Assembly: GCA_003104935.1 (NCBI GenBank)
Contig: PQAE01000010.1
Coordinates: 13,768-77,767, forward strand
Length of the DNA: 64,000 bases
Reading direction: 5' to 3'
From: Parcubacteria group bacterium
Lineage (GTDB): Bacteria > Patescibacteriota > Patescibacteriia > UBA1558 > GWA2-36-10
Position 1 is the stretch's first letter. Each line of letters starts with the position of its first letter. The notes below the pieces were generated by a model that saw only the letters and a program-made list of their open reading frames with translations, was not told the DNA's origin and made no database searches. The position numbers were made by a program, and so were the translations under genes. This document shows, piece after piece, positions 20,364 to 30,269 of the stretch.

Positions 20364-20858
20364 TTATTCAGTTTTATTTTCAGACTGAATGCCGTTCGGC
20401 TCAACCGCGGGCGGATTGATGATGACCGCCTCACCGCCGGCCCGGCTTATCTGTTCTAAGGCTTGTTTAGAAAAAGCATTTGCTTCGATCTTTAAACTCT
20501 TAACGAGCTTTCCTTTGGCTAATATCTTTATGCCCGCCTTAATGTCCCGAGCTAAGCCGGCTTTAACCAGCGTGCGAAAATTTATCGTGTCACCGGATTT
20601 AAATAAGCGCTCCAAGTCTCCGGTGTTAACCGCCTGCATTTTAGAATAAAAAGACTTAAAACCCCGCACTTTGGGGATGCGCAGCATAAAACTTTTGATG
20701 CTTTTGACCTTCAAACCGACTCGGCCGCCAGATCTGGCTTTTTGTCCTTTGATACCCCGACCGGAATAATTACCCGCACCGGAAGCATTGCCGCGTCCCC
20801 GGCGTTTGCCGGAGCGACGATTTGATTTATTTTTTGCTAAATTATGCAAAGTCAACAT
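20364..20858 (-). CDS. rplO: 50S ribosomal protein L15
   Basis: 164 aa; Gly/Arg-rich N-terminus RRSGKRRGRGNASGAGNYSGRGIKGQKARSG. Confidence 0.85.
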   Translation of the reverse strand: MLTLHNLAKNKSNRRSGKRRGRGNASGAGNYSGRGIKGQKARSGGRVGLKVKSIKSFMLRIPKVRGFKSFYSKMQAVNTGDLERLFKSGDTINFRTLVKAGLARDIKAGIKILAKGKLVKSLKIEANAFSKQALEQISRAGGEAVIINPPAVEPNGIQSENKTE

Positions 20859-20862
20859 ATAT

Positions 20863-21504
20863 TTATTTCTTTATTTCCACTTGATCTTTAGGACCGGAAG
20901 TAATAGTCGCTTTGGGACCGCGGCTCTTAAAATTCTTAGCCCGGTTAAAAGCCCGAGGTACGAAAGACTTCAGTGCGATGATGGTAGCTTCGGCGTTATT
21001 TAGTTTGTTGCTGGTACCCAGGATTTTAGCGGCGGCGTCTTTGACTCCGGCTAATTCTAAAACAATACGCATCACGCCGCCGGCTTTGATGCCGCTTCCG
21101 GCGCGAGCCGGCTTAATCATCACGAAAGCCGCTCCTTCTTTTATCGTTACCGGATGAGGAACCGTGCCTTCAATAATCGGCACATGAATCAAGTGCTTTT
21201 TAGCCTTGGTTACAGCTTTGGAAATAGCCATAGAAACATCTACGCCTTTGGCAATACCGACACCTACCCGCCCTTTTTTATCACCGACCACCATACAGGC
21301 GCGGAACTTCATTCTTTTGCCACCGGCCATCACTCTGGTCACACGGGCCAGGTCAACGATCTTCTGTTCAAATTCTTCCACCGGACGGCTAAAAGAACCC
21401 TTGCCGCCTGAGCGACGGGGTCTAGCGGACGGATGGCGATGTGCGGAGCGCACTACATCCGGCTTGACCACTGCCTTGACTTCCGTTGTATTTTTTTCTT
21501 CCAT
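20863..21504 (-). CDS. rpsE: 30S ribosomal protein S5 (N-terminal extension)
   Basis: 213 aa; RVTRVMAGGKRMKFRACMVVGDKKGRVGVGIAKG. No L30 gene between S5 and L15. Confidence 0.9.
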   Translation of the reverse strand: MEEKNTTEVKAVVKPDVVRSAHRHPSARPRRSGGKGSFSRPVEEFEQKIVDLARVTRVMAGGKRMKFRACMVVGDKKGRVGVGIAKGVDVSMAISKAVTKAKKHLIHVPIIEGTVPHPVTIKEGAAFVMIKPARAGSGIKAGGVMRIVLELAGVKDAAAKILGTSNKLNNAEATIIALKSFVPRAFNRAKNFKSRGPKATITSGPKDQVEIKK

Positions 21505-21513
21505 GTTATTAAT

Positions 21514-21870
21514 TTAAAATTTTATACCCGCTTGTCTGATGCCTTCGGCCAGAGCTTTGACGCGGCCGTGATATTTATAGGCACCGCGGTCAAAAATGAT
21601 CGCCGTGATGTTCTGGTCGCTCAATTTTTTTCCAAAAGCCACACCGACAGACAGAGCTTTATCGGTCTTATGTCCTTTGGCCTTAATCTCCTGATCGGAA
21701 ACCGACGCTAAAGTGCGGCCGCTGACATCATCAATAGCCTGCACTTTGATATGCGACAAACTCCGAAATACAGAAACGCGGGGCTTAAGTGCCGTGCCGC
21801 TGATCTTGAATCTGGTACGGTGTTGCCGGCGTAAATATTTTTCCTTTTTAACCTTATTTTTATCTATCAT
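21514..21870 (-). CDS. rplR: 50S ribosomal protein L18
   Basis: 118 aa; FDRGAYKYHGRVKALAEGIRQAGIKF. Confidence 0.9.
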   Translation of the reverse strand: MIDKNKVKKEKYLRRQHRTRFKISGTALKPRVSVFRSLSHIKVQAIDDVSGRTLASVSDQEIKAKGHKTDKALSVGVAFGKKLSDQNITAIIFDRGAYKYHGRVKALAEGIRQAGIKF

Positions 21871-21881
21871 AACTTTATATA

Positions 21882-22439
21882 TTAGGCGGCTTTGACTACC
21901 TTGCCAGCTTTACGACGAATAACTTCATTAGTATATTTAATACCCTTACCCTTATAAGGTTCGGGTTTTTTTATGGCTCGGATTTCGGCCGCTATTTGTC
22001 CGACCAACTGCTTATCAATGCCGACAATTTTAATCTGGTTTTTTTCCACTTCCGCATTGATGCCGGCCGGCAAATTAAACTCTACCGGATGGGAAAAACC
22101 GACATTTAACACCAATTTCTTGCCCTGTAGAGTTACCTTGAAGCCAACACCGTTTATTTCTAATTCTTTGCTATAGCCCTGAGTCACGCCGATGATGGCA
22201 TTATTGACTAAAGTCCGACTTAGCCCCCAAACCGCTCTCTGGTATTTGTCGTTTTCTTTCACCACCGTAAAATTCAAATTTTTATCGGTCAGTTCGACGC
22301 TGACCATCTTGGGTATCACAATATCTAGGGCGCCTTTACTGCCTTTGACAGCCACGTGAAAACCATCGGTTGCGTTGCCGGAAATCTTGGCTTCCACGCC
22401 CGTTGGTAAGACAATTGGTTTTTTTCCTATTCTTGACAT
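21882..22439 (-). CDS. rplF: 50S ribosomal protein L6
   Basis: 185 aa; MSRIGKKPIVLPTGVEAKISGN. Confidence 0.9.
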   Translation of the reverse strand: MSRIGKKPIVLPTGVEAKISGNATDGFHVAVKGSKGALDIVIPKMVSVELTDKNLNFTVVKENDKYQRAVWGLSRTLVNNAIIGVTQGYSKELEINGVGFKVTLQGKKLVLNVGFSHPVEFNLPAGINAEVEKNQIKIVGIDKQLVGQIAAEIRAIKKPEPYKGKGIKYTNEVIRRKAGKVVKAA

Positions 22440-22532
22440 ATATTTATTATTGCTTATTGCGTATACTTATGGCTCATGAATAAATTGAATTTTTCTTTTG
22501 CTGTCCGCCAGGTGCCATAGGTTATTTGCTGA

Positions 22533-22922
22533 TTACCAGATCTCACACATTAATTCACCGCCGATGTTTTGCTTTTTAGCCATCTGGCTAGTCATCACGC
22601 CTTGGGAAGTAGAAATAATAGCCGAGCCATAACCGTTTAAAATCCGTGGCATTTCCTGGCCGGAAATATAAATCCTCTGTCCGGGACGGGAAATACGCCG
22701 GATATGATGAATAGCCGGGCCCTGTTCATTGTATTTAAGCACAATCTTCAACTCGTCAAACTGCCCGATCTTAACTTTTTCTACTTTAGCCACATAATTT
22801 TCCTGCTCCAGTAGTTTGGCGATATTATACTTAATTTTTGAGAACGGCAAAATTACCTCTGACTTTTTTACAGCCACAGCATTGCGTATTCTTGTTAACA
22901 TGTCTGCAATGGTATCCGTCAT
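22533..22922 (-). CDS. rpsH: 30S ribosomal protein S8
   Basis: 129 aa; MTDTIADMLTRIRNA. Confidence 0.9.
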   Translation of the reverse strand: MTDTIADMLTRIRNAVAVKKSEVILPFSKIKYNIAKLLEQENYVAKVEKVKIGQFDELKIVLKYNEQGPAIHHIRRISRPGQRIYISGQEMPRILNGYGSAIISTSQGVMTSQMAKKQNIGGELMCEIW

Positions 22923-22963
22923 ATGGAATCTATGTTTATTATCTTTTAATTATATAAATTAAT

Positions 22964-23149
22964 TTACCAACTGGATTTAGTAATGCCGGGAATCTCGCCC
23001 TTATCGGCTAATTCCCGAAAACAAATACGGCACATATTAAACTGGCGCATATAAGCCCGCTGCCGTCCGCAACGCCAACAGCGGCGCACTTTACGTGTAG
23101 AAAATTTGGGCTTTCTTTTGGATTTCGCGATTTGTGATTTGATAGCCAT
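22964..23149 (-). CDS. rpsZ: 30S ribosomal protein S14 type Z (zinc-binding)
   Basis: 61 aa; [25 protein letters not shown]. Confidence 0.85.
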   Translation of the reverse strand: MAIKSQIAKSKRKPKFSTRKVRRCWRCGRQRAYMRQFNMCRICFRELADKGEIPGITKSSW

Positions 23150-23151
23150 AT

Positions 23152-23706
23152 TTATTTCTTTTTATCTTGCTTAAAGGGAAATCCCAGAGCGCGGAGTAAT
23201 GCCAAGGCCTGCTGATTATTTTTGGCAGTAGTATTGATGGCCACTTCCAGGCCGTGTACTTTATCGACGTCGTCCATACCGATCTCCGGAAAGACAATGT
23301 GCTCTTTAAAGCCGATGATATAATTTCCCCGGCCGTCAAAACCCTTACGGGTATCCAGTCCGAAAAAATCGCGCAAACGCGGCATGGCCGAATTGGTCAG
23401 CTTTTCTAAAAAATCGTACATCCGTTTGCCGCGCAAAGTCACTTTAGAGCCGATGACCATACCCTCTCTGATTTTAAAATTGGAAATGGACTTACGGGCT
23501 TTGGTTTCCACCGGTTTTTGGCCGGAAATTCTTTCCAAAATGGAACGAGCAATCTCAATCCACTGTTTGTCGGCTACCGCCCGGCTCAGTCCGATATTAA
23601 TAACCACCTTACTGGCCTTAGGGACGGCTAGTAAATTTTTCAGGCCCAGTTCTTTACTCAGTTGGGGCCGGATGGACTTTTGATATTTTTCTAATAAGGT
23701 AGACAT
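23152..23706 (-). CDS. rplE: 50S ribosomal protein L5
   Basis: 184 aa; typical L5 sequence. Confidence 0.9.
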   Translation of the reverse strand: MSTLLEKYQKSIRPQLSKELGLKNLLAVPKASKVVINIGLSRAVADKQWIEIARSILERISGQKPVETKARKSISNFKIREGMVIGSKVTLRGKRMYDFLEKLTNSAMPRLRDFFGLDTRKGFDGRGNYIIGFKEHIVFPEIGMDDVDKVHGLEVAINTTAKNNQQALALLRALGFPFKQDKKK

Positions 23707-23708
23707 AT

Positions 23709-24041
23709 TTAATCAATTATTTCTTTACATTTCCTGCAAAACCTCTCTTTGATCTTTTTATTGGTAGCCGAAGAGGCTAATCTCATGCCTACGCGGGAAT
23801 TTCGGCCGCATTTGGGACAGACTAAAATGACGTTACTGATGGCGATCGGTCCGTTGAACTGCACCCGCTGGCCCTTTTCCCCCTTTTTTTGGGGACGCAT
23901 GTGTTTGTACATGACATTAATGCCCTCCACGACCAATTTTTTCATGTCGGGCAGTATCTGTAGCACTTTGCCGGTTTTGCCTTTGTCCTTACCGGAGCTA
24001 ACGGCTACTTTATCATTTACTTTTATCTTATATTTATTCAT
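23709..24041 (-). CDS. rplX: 50S ribosomal protein L24 with C-terminal C4 zinc-ribbon
   Basis: 110 aa; KOW motif VSSGKDKGKTGKVL; C-terminus CPKCGRNS...CRKCKE. Confidence 0.85.
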   Translation of the reverse strand: MNKYKIKVNDKVAVSSGKDKGKTGKVLQILPDMKKLVVEGINVMYKHMRPQKKGEKGQRVQFNGPIAISNVILVCPKCGRNSRVGMRLASSATNKKIKERFCRKCKEIID

Positions 24042-24045
24042 ATAC

Positions 24046-24417
24046 TTATAATACTTCCGGGGCTAAGGATAAAATCTTGTTATAGCCCTTGGCTCTGAGT
24101 TCTCTGGCTACCGGTCCAAAAATACGGGAACCCTTGGGTTCTTTAGTTTTCCGATCGACGATTACCACCGCGTTTTCATCAAAACGAATATAGGTACCGT
24201 TGGAGCGGCGAGTCTCTTTGCGTTGGCGGACAATCACGGCCTGTAAGACCTGGCTCTTTTTGACCTGAGCATGCGGCTGAGCATCCTTGACCACCACCGT
24301 GATCAGATCACCCAGATGACCGTATCTTTTTTTATAACCGCCTAAAACCCGGATGCACTGCACGAGCTTAGCACCGGAGTTATCGGCAACTTTTAACATG
24401 GACCTTAACTGAATCAT
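24046..24417 (-). CDS. rplN: 50S ribosomal protein L14
   Basis: Core [30 protein letters not shown]-track start 24450 would overlap rpsQ; start at internal Met (24417) gives a canonical 123-aa L14. Confidence 0.85.
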   Translation of the reverse strand: MIQLRSMLKVADNSGAKLVQCIRVLGGYKKRYGHLGDLITVVVKDAQPHAQVKKSQVLQAVIVRQRKETRRSNGTYIRFDENAVVIVDRKTKEPKGSRIFGPVARELRAKGYNKILSLAPEVL

Positions 24418-24427
24418 ATAACAATTA

Positions 24428-24676
24428 CTATTTAATCTTTTTGATAACACGCCAGCGCTTATCGCGCGACAGCGGACGACAGGCTTCGATCTGCACTAAA
24501 TCACCGACCTGATATTCATTCTTCTCATCGTGAGCTTTAAACTTTTTGGTCGCTTTGTATCTCTTTTTATACTTAGGATGAATCTTAATGCTCACGATCT
24601 TAACCACGACGGTCTTAGCCATCTTATTGGCGACCACTTCACCGGTTAATTTTCTTTTGTTTGTTGACGTTGTCAT
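24428..24676 (-). CDS. rpsQ: 30S ribosomal protein S17
   Basis: 82 aa; [18 protein letters not shown]. Confidence 0.9.
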   Translation of the reverse strand: MTTSTNKRKLTGEVVANKMAKTVVVKIVSIKIHPKYKKRYKATKKFKAHDEKNEYQVGDLVQIEACRPLSRDKRWRVIKKIK

Positions 24677-24687
24677 TTCTTTAAAAA

Positions 24688-24891
24688 TTATTTTTTAGCC
24701 TCAGCCTGGCGGCGCTCATTTAATACCGTCAAGATTTTAGCCACATCTTTCTTGATCCGGCGAGCTTCGCGAACATTTTTTAATTGGTTGTTGGCCAAAC
24801 TAAAGCGCATCTCCCGGGTCTTCTTTCTCAGATCAATCAGTTGTTCCTGAAGTTTGTCTGTAACAATTTTTCTAATATCATTAACCTTCAT
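24688..24891 (-). CDS. rpmC: 50S ribosomal protein L29
   Basis: 67 aa; typical L29 helical sequence. Confidence 0.85.
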   Translation of the reverse strand: MKVNDIRKIVTDKLQEQLIDLRKKTREMRFSLANNQLKNVREARRIKKDVAKILTVLNERRQAEAKK

Positions 24892-24895
24892 ACCC

Positions 24896-25312
24896 TTATA
24901 TTAATTCCTTGGTAATAAATTTGCTTTTTACCGGCAATTTGTAAGCGGCCAGTTCTAAAGCGCGTTTACAGCTGGCTTTATCAGTGCCGCGCATTTCAAA
25001 CATCACGGTGCCGGGTTTGACCACAGCCACATAATGATCGACCGCTCCCTTACCTTTGCCCATGGGCATCTCACTGCCCTTCATAGTGATGGGCATATCC
25101 GGAAAAATACGAATATAGATTTCTCCGGTTCTTTCTATGTGACCGACAATAGCGCGGCGGGCGGCTTCGATCTGACGGGCGGTCACCCAGCCCGCTTCCA
25201 GACTCTTGAGGCCATAATCGCCAAAACTAATCCTAGTCATGCGGGTAGCTTTGCCCCGAATCTTATCGCTTCGCTGCCACTTGCGGTGTTTTTCTTTTTT
25301 TGGTGCTAACAT
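24896..25312 (-). CDS. rplP: 50S ribosomal protein L16
   Basis: 138 aa; MLAPKKEKHRKWQR... Confidence 0.9.
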   Translation of the reverse strand: MLAPKKEKHRKWQRSDKIRGKATRMTRISFGDYGLKSLEAGWVTARQIEAARRAIVGHIERTGEIYIRIFPDMPITMKGSEMPMGKGKGAVDHYVAVVKPGTVMFEMRGTDKASCKRALELAAYKLPVKSKFITKELI

Positions 25313-25321
25313 ATATCTGTA

Positions 25322-26092
25322 TTATTTCTTGGTTTTAGCGGAACGAGTACTGGTGCGGCGCGGCTTGGTCTCTACAATCTGAACATCCAAGGTATCCTTG
25401 GAAAATAACTTAGCCGTCTTCATCGGTAGTTTAGGAGCCGTACTCTTTTCTTTCTTTTTATCAAAATACTCTCCCTTGTAAATCCACACTTTGATGCCGA
25501 TCACGCCGTAAACGGTATTAGCCACACCGCGGCTATAATCAATTTCGGCCCGGATAGTCTGCAAGGGCACGCTACCCTGGACCAGTTTTTCCGAGCGGGA
25601 TATTTCCGCGCCGTTCAGTCGTCCACCCACCATAATCTTTACTCCCTTGGCACCGGCCTTCATGACCTTGTCAATATTTTGTTTCATCACCCGACGGAAA
25701 GGAATTCTTTTCTCGATATCGGCGCGGATAGCTTCCACAATGACGCTGGCCGACAGGCTGGGTACGGAAACTTCGGTAATATTTACACTCAGCTTCATTT
25801 TCTTGCCTAAAAATTTGGCCTGTAATTTCTTTTTCAGATCTTCAATGCCACTACCGGCCCGGCCGATAATAAAACCTGGCTTGGCCGCACTGACGTTGAT
25901 AGTGATCTCGCCCCGGCTACGTTCGATCTCGATCCGGTCAACACCGGCCTCGCGTAATTCGCGATTTAAAAAGCGGCGGATGGTAACGTCTTGCTGTAGG
26001 AAAGCAGCAAAATCACGGCCGGCGTACCAGCGGGATCTCCACCGTTCGCTCTGCCCCATGCGGAATATTCTTGGATTTACTTTTTTACCCAT
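25322..26092 (-). CDS. rpsC: 30S ribosomal protein S3 (C-terminal extension)
   Basis: 256 aa; GKKVNPRIFRMGQSERWRSRWYA. Confidence 0.9.
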   Translation of the reverse strand: MGKKVNPRIFRMGQSERWRSRWYAGRDFAAFLQQDVTIRRFLNRELREAGVDRIEIERSRGEITINVSAAKPGFIIGRAGSGIEDLKKKLQAKFLGKKMKLSVNITEVSVPSLSASVIVEAIRADIEKRIPFRRVMKQNIDKVMKAGAKGVKIMVGGRLNGAEISRSEKLVQGSVPLQTIRAEIDYSRGVANTVYGVIGIKVWIYKGEYFDKKKEKSTAPKLPMKTAKLFSKDTLDVQIVETKPRRTSTRSAKTKK

Positions 26093-26095
26093 ATA

Positions 26096-26620
26096 TTAAC
26101 CTTTTTTTACGTTTAAATTATCCTTGCCCTTGGCTAGCTTGGTTTGCCGGCCAAAAAATCCTTTTTTGGCTTCCACTTTAGTTTTGGTGTCCGTTACCGG
26201 GCCGTGAACGCGTTTATCAGTCTTGGTTAAATCAACAGTATCAATCTTTTGTTCGGTCTTTTCTTTGACAGTTACGGCAGCACCTTCTTTGCTGGCCACT
26301 ACTATCTCTACGTGAGCGGTGTGTTTGCGAAAAGGATGGGCTGTACCAAAAGCGGCCGGTTTCCAGCGTTTTAAATCTACCGATTTATTAACGATAATAC
26401 TTTTCACAAATAAATCTTCCGCTTTGACATCAAATTTGTTTTGAGCGTTAGCTACGGCGCTATTTAATAATTTAGCGACAATCGGCGCGGAACGCTTAAA
26501 AACCACCTGCAGTCGGGCTAATGCCTGAGGCACCGCTTGGCCGCGGATAACATCAGCCACCAAACGTATTTTCTTTGGTGACAAACCAATATTTTTTAAT
26601 TTTGCTTTGGCTTCTGGCAT
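26096..26620 (-). CDS. rplV: 50S ribosomal protein L22 (C-terminal extension)
   Basis: 174 aa; SPKKIRLVADVIRGQAVPQALARLQ. Confidence 0.85.
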   Translation of the reverse strand: MPEAKAKLKNIGLSPKKIRLVADVIRGQAVPQALARLQVVFKRSAPIVAKLLNSAVANAQNKFDVKAEDLFVKSIIVNKSVDLKRWKPAAFGTAHPFRKHTAHVEIVVASKEGAAVTVKEKTEQKIDTVDLTKTDKRVHGPVTDTKTKVEAKKGFFGRQTKLAKGKDNLNVKKG

Positions 26621-26625
26621 ATAGA

Positions 26626-26913
26626 TTAACTTACTGCTGGTTCTTGGCCCTTGGCCATCTTACCGCCGTGCTTAACAAACTTTCTGGTAGAGGCAAATTC
26701 ACCCAGGCGATGGCCGACCATGTTTTCTACCACATGGACGGAAATATGCTCCCGGCCGTTATGAACGCCAAAAGTAAAACCAACCATCTCCGGAGTAATG
26801 ACCGAAGGGCGGGACCAGGTCTTGATGATTTTGCCTTCGTCCTGACGCAAATTACTGACTTTCTTTAGCAACTTAGGATCAGTGTAGGGGCCTTTTTTTA
26901 AACTTCTTGACAT
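26626..26913 (-). CDS. rpsS: 30S ribosomal protein S19
   Basis: 95 aa; [35 protein letters not shown]. Confidence 0.9.
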   Translation of the reverse strand: MSRSLKKGPYTDPKLLKKVSNLRQDEGKIIKTWSRPSVITPEMVGFTFGVHNGREHISVHVVENMVGHRLGEFASTRKFVKHGGKMAKGQEPAVS

Positions 26914-26940
26914 AAATAATTATTTTATCTACAGATTTTT

Positions 26941-27792
26941 TTAAACAATAGTCTGTCTGCTCTTGCGACGCTTGACGATAAATTTATTGGAAGACTTTTT
27001 CTCTTTGCGGGTCTTAATACCAAAAGCCGGCTTGCCGGTATAGGTCTTAGGATGCTTCATACCAATCGGGTGCTTACCCTCACCACCGCCGTGCGGATGA
27101 TCCACTGGATTCATCACTTTACCGCGCACGCTGGGACGGATACCCATATGACGTTTGCGACCGGCCTTGCCCACCCGGATATTGATGAATTCCGGATTAC
27201 TGGGAATACCGATAGTAGCCAAACAATCTACCGACACCGAACGGATTTCTCCGCTGGGCATCTTTAGTTGGGCTAAATCGTCATTAACCGTTAAAAAAGT
27301 TAAGCCGTTACCGGCCGAACGGGCCAGTTGTCCGCCTTTGCCCGGCGCCGTTTCTACATTATGCACTTCGGTGCCGGTCGGAATATATTTTAAAGGCAAA
27401 GCATTGCCTACTTTAATATCTACTTTTTTGTCTTTAGCAGAAATGATGCTATCTCCGGCTTTTAATTGGTCGGGGGCGATGATATAGCGTCTTTCCCCGT
27501 CGGCGTATAGAAGTAAGGCTAAATTAGCGCTACGATTAGGATCATATTGGATGGATTCTACTTTAGCGGGAATATCGTACTTGTCACGCTTAAAATCTAT
27601 CACCCGGGTAAACCGGCGGGCACCGCCGCCCTGGTGGCGCACACTGATCTTCCCCTGATTATTGCGGCCGGCCTGGCTCTTGCGAAATTTAAGCAGAGAT
27701 TTGTGCGGGCGGCCTTTACTAATCCCTTTACTCACTAAGACGCTGGTCTGCCGACGAGCGGAAGTAGTTGGTTTGTAAATCTTGATCGGCAT
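26941..27792 (-). CDS. rplB: 50S ribosomal protein L2
   Basis: 283 aa; typical L2 ([16 protein letters not shown]...HPHGGGEGK). Confidence 0.95.
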   Translation of the reverse strand: MPIKIYKPTTSARRQTSVLVSKGISKGRPHKSLLKFRKSQAGRNNQGKISVRHQGGGARRFTRVIDFKRDKYDIPAKVESIQYDPNRSANLALLLYADGERRYIIAPDQLKAGDSIISAKDKKVDIKVGNALPLKYIPTGTEVHNVETAPGKGGQLARSAGNGLTFLTVNDDLAQLKMPSGEIRSVSVDCLATIGIPSNPEFINIRVGKAGRKRHMGIRPSVRGKVMNPVDHPHGGGEGKHPIGMKHPKTYTGKPAFGIKTRKEKKSSNKFIVKRRKSRQTIV

Positions 27793-27795
27793 ATA

Positions 27796-28233
27796 TTAGA
27801 TTCCTTCGTATAATTTAATAGTCTGTCCCTTCTTCAGGGTGACGATAGCCTTTTTTATTTTTTTGGTCTTACCCATATGACGGCCAAAGCGGGCCTGATG
27901 GCTATCTTCGTTTATGATATTGACGCTCAGCGGCTTCACGCCGTAGATATCGGCAATAGCTTTTTTTATCTCTACCTTATTTGACCCGCGTGATACTTCA
28001 AAAACATATTTATTTAAAGATGCTCCGATGGTAGATTTTTCGGAAATAAGCGGACGCAATAATACTTTATGCGACAAAATATTCTGGCCCAAAGAAACTT
28101 TTTGTTGATCCTGGGCCCAGCTGGCCAATTTTTTCGGCGCCGGCGCTTTTTTTACGGCCGCTTTAATCTCGGCCGGTACTGCCATCGGCTTGTCGACCGC
28201 GCTGACTTTATTTTTTTTATTAAAAATTCCCAT
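27796..28233 (-). CDS. rplW: 50S ribosomal protein L23 (N-terminal extension)
   Basis: 145 aa; C-terminal L23 core KKAIADIYGVKPLSVNIIN. Confidence 0.8.
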   Translation of the reverse strand: MGIFNKKNKVSAVDKPMAVPAEIKAAVKKAPAPKKLASWAQDQQKVSLGQNILSHKVLLRPLISEKSTIGASLNKYVFEVSRGSNKVEIKKAIADIYGVKPLSVNIINEDSHQARFGRHMGKTKKIKKAIVTLKKGQTIKLYEGI

Positions 28234-28237
28234 ATAT

Positions 28238-28876
28238 TTACGCTAGGTATTGCTCCTTGATCTTTTCGATGATTTCTTTATTTAAAATTATGTACTGGCT
28301 GCCGAGCAAATCAACGACATTGAGACTACCAAAATAAATAGTTTTTACTTTAGGCAGATTGGTGGCCGACTTGACTATCGCCGTATCATTTACCTTGGTC
28401 ACAATCAAAGTAGATTTTCCCTTGCTCGGTAATTTATCCAGAGTTTGTTTTAGCAATTTAGTCTTGGGTTCGGCCAGTTTGTAGGCCTCTAATAAAATAA
28501 GTTTGCCGTCAATAACCCGGTCGCTGAGTATCATCAGTAGCGCCTGACGGCGCGCTTTTTTATTTATCTTAACCGCAAAATTTCTTTCCGCAGTCGGACC
28601 AAAAGTAATGCCGCCGCCGATCCAGAGCGGAGAACGGATGGAGCCGTGGCGGGCCCGGCCGGTGCCTTTTTGCTTCCAGGGTTTTTTACCGCCGCCGCGG
28701 ACATCGCCTCTGCCCTTGGTGTGGGCGATGGGTTGGCGGGAATTCTTTTGCTGAGCCAAAACAGCCGACTGGATCAAAACCGGATTTACTTTGACGCCAA
28801 ACAAAGCCGGATCCAGCACTTCAGTACCGGCCTCCTGGCCTTGCCAATCATAAACTTTTACTTTGATCTCTGCCAT
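28238..28876 (-). CDS. rplD: 50S ribosomal protein L4
   Basis: 212 aa. Confidence 0.85.
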   Translation of the reverse strand: MAEIKVKVYDWQGQEAGTEVLDPALFGVKVNPVLIQSAVLAQQKNSRQPIAHTKGRGDVRGGGKKPWKQKGTGRARHGSIRSPLWIGGGITFGPTAERNFAVKINKKARRQALLMILSDRVIDGKLILLEAYKLAEPKTKLLKQTLDKLPSKGKSTLIVTKVNDTAIVKSATNLPKVKTIYFGSLNVVDLLGSQYIILNKEIIEKIKEQYLA

Positions 28877-28884
28877 ATTGATAA

Positions 28885-29649
28885 TTATTGCCGTTTCTCT
28901 TCACCGGCATTAGGAATAACTTCCTCTGCCTTGGTTTCTTCTTTAATTACTGGGACTTCATTTTTAACTTCTTCGGCCAAGACTTCCGGCTTAACCGCGA
29001 CTTCTTCAACTGATGCGATTTTCTTTTCCAGCGGAGTTAATTCTCCCTCACTGACAATCTCCAGTAGTGCTTGCCGTGATCCCGGCACAGCGCCTTTGAT
29101 ATATAAAAGATTTTTTTCCGGTTCAATATCAATCAGTTCTAAATTCCGGACAGTGATAGTGTCCACGCCCATGTGTCCGGCCATGCGAGTGCCTTTGAAA
29201 ACTCTCTGTGGCTCAGTGGAGCCGATAGAGCCAGGCATACGTTCCTGATCTTTGTGTCCATGAGTAGGCGGATGACCATGAAAACCATGTCTTTTTACTA
29301 CACCCTGAAATCCTTTACCTTTGGAAACTCCGGTCACGGTCAAGATATCACCAGGTCTAAAACTAGTAACATCAAAAGCCTGACCGCGTTCTAATTTATT
29401 TTTATCATCAATATTAAATTCGCGTAAATATCGAAAATTAGCCAAACCCTTGAGGTGTCCGGCCAGGGGCTTACTGACCTGGCGACGCTTACCAAAACCA
29501 ATCTGCACGGCCTGATATCCGTCCTTTTCCCCTTTGACCTGCACCACGGTGCAGGGGCCAGCTTCTACCACGGTCACGGGCATTACCCGGCCGTCTGGTA
29601 AAAATTTCTGGGTCATATTCAGTTTTTTGCCTAGTATAAATTTGGCCAT
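28885..29649 (-). CDS. rplC: 50S ribosomal protein L3 (acidic C-terminal extension)
   Basis: 254 aa; ...GKGFQGVVKRHGF... Confidence 0.9.
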   Translation of the reverse strand: MAKFILGKKLNMTQKFLPDGRVMPVTVVEAGPCTVVQVKGEKDGYQAVQIGFGKRRQVSKPLAGHLKGLANFRYLREFNIDDKNKLERGQAFDVTSFRPGDILTVTGVSKGKGFQGVVKRHGFHGHPPTHGHKDQERMPGSIGSTEPQRVFKGTRMAGHMGVDTITVRNLELIDIEPEKNLLYIKGAVPGSRQALLEIVSEGELTPLEKKIASVEEVAVKPEVLAEEVKNEVPVIKEETKAEEVIPNAGEEKRQ

Positions 29650-29866
29650 ATATTTAATAAAAAATCACGATTCTATTCTCAAAAAATGTTTTTAAGGATA
29701 AAATCGCGATTACTAGTTAGTTCTAGTATTCAGTACGGGGAATAATTTTTAACTATTGGCGATTTTTTACCTTTACAACACTTCCTTCTTTTGGCGCACT
29801 TCCTCCCTCTAGGAGGGTTATGCCAATCAACGAAAATGTTTTATAAACACTTACTTTAGGAAAGAA

Positions 29867-30199
29867 CTACATCTTAATTTCAACATCCACTCCGGCGGGC
29901 AAATTCAGACTCATCAAAGCATCCACCGTCTGCGGTGTAGGGTTCATGATATCGAGCAATCTCTTATGAACGCGCATTTCATATTGGTCGCGGGCTCCTT
30001 TGTGGACAAAAGTAGAACGGTTAACAGTAAATTTCTTTTTCTCTGTCGGCAAAGGTATGGGACCCATGATTTTGGCGCCAGTCCGATCAACGGTATCAAT
30101 AATAGTTTTAGTGGATTGATCAATGATCTTATGGTCATAAGCCCTGATCTTAATCCGGATGCGGGACTGCACTTCGTCTTTGACTTCTTTTTCTGGCAT
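29867..30199 (-). CDS. rpsJ: 30S ribosomal protein S10
   Basis: 110 aa; [37 protein letters not shown]. Confidence 0.9.
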   Translation of the reverse strand: MPEKEVKDEVQSRIRIKIRAYDHKIIDQSTKTIIDTVDRTGAKIMGPIPLPTEKKKFTVNRSTFVHKGARDQYEMRVHKRLLDIMNPTPQTVDALMSLNLPAGVDVEIKM

Positions 30200-30269
30200 G
30201 GATGGTAAATGAACTTGTTAATTTGCTTATTAAACCCCTGCGCCCACTCTGGACGCAGGGGAAAAATAT

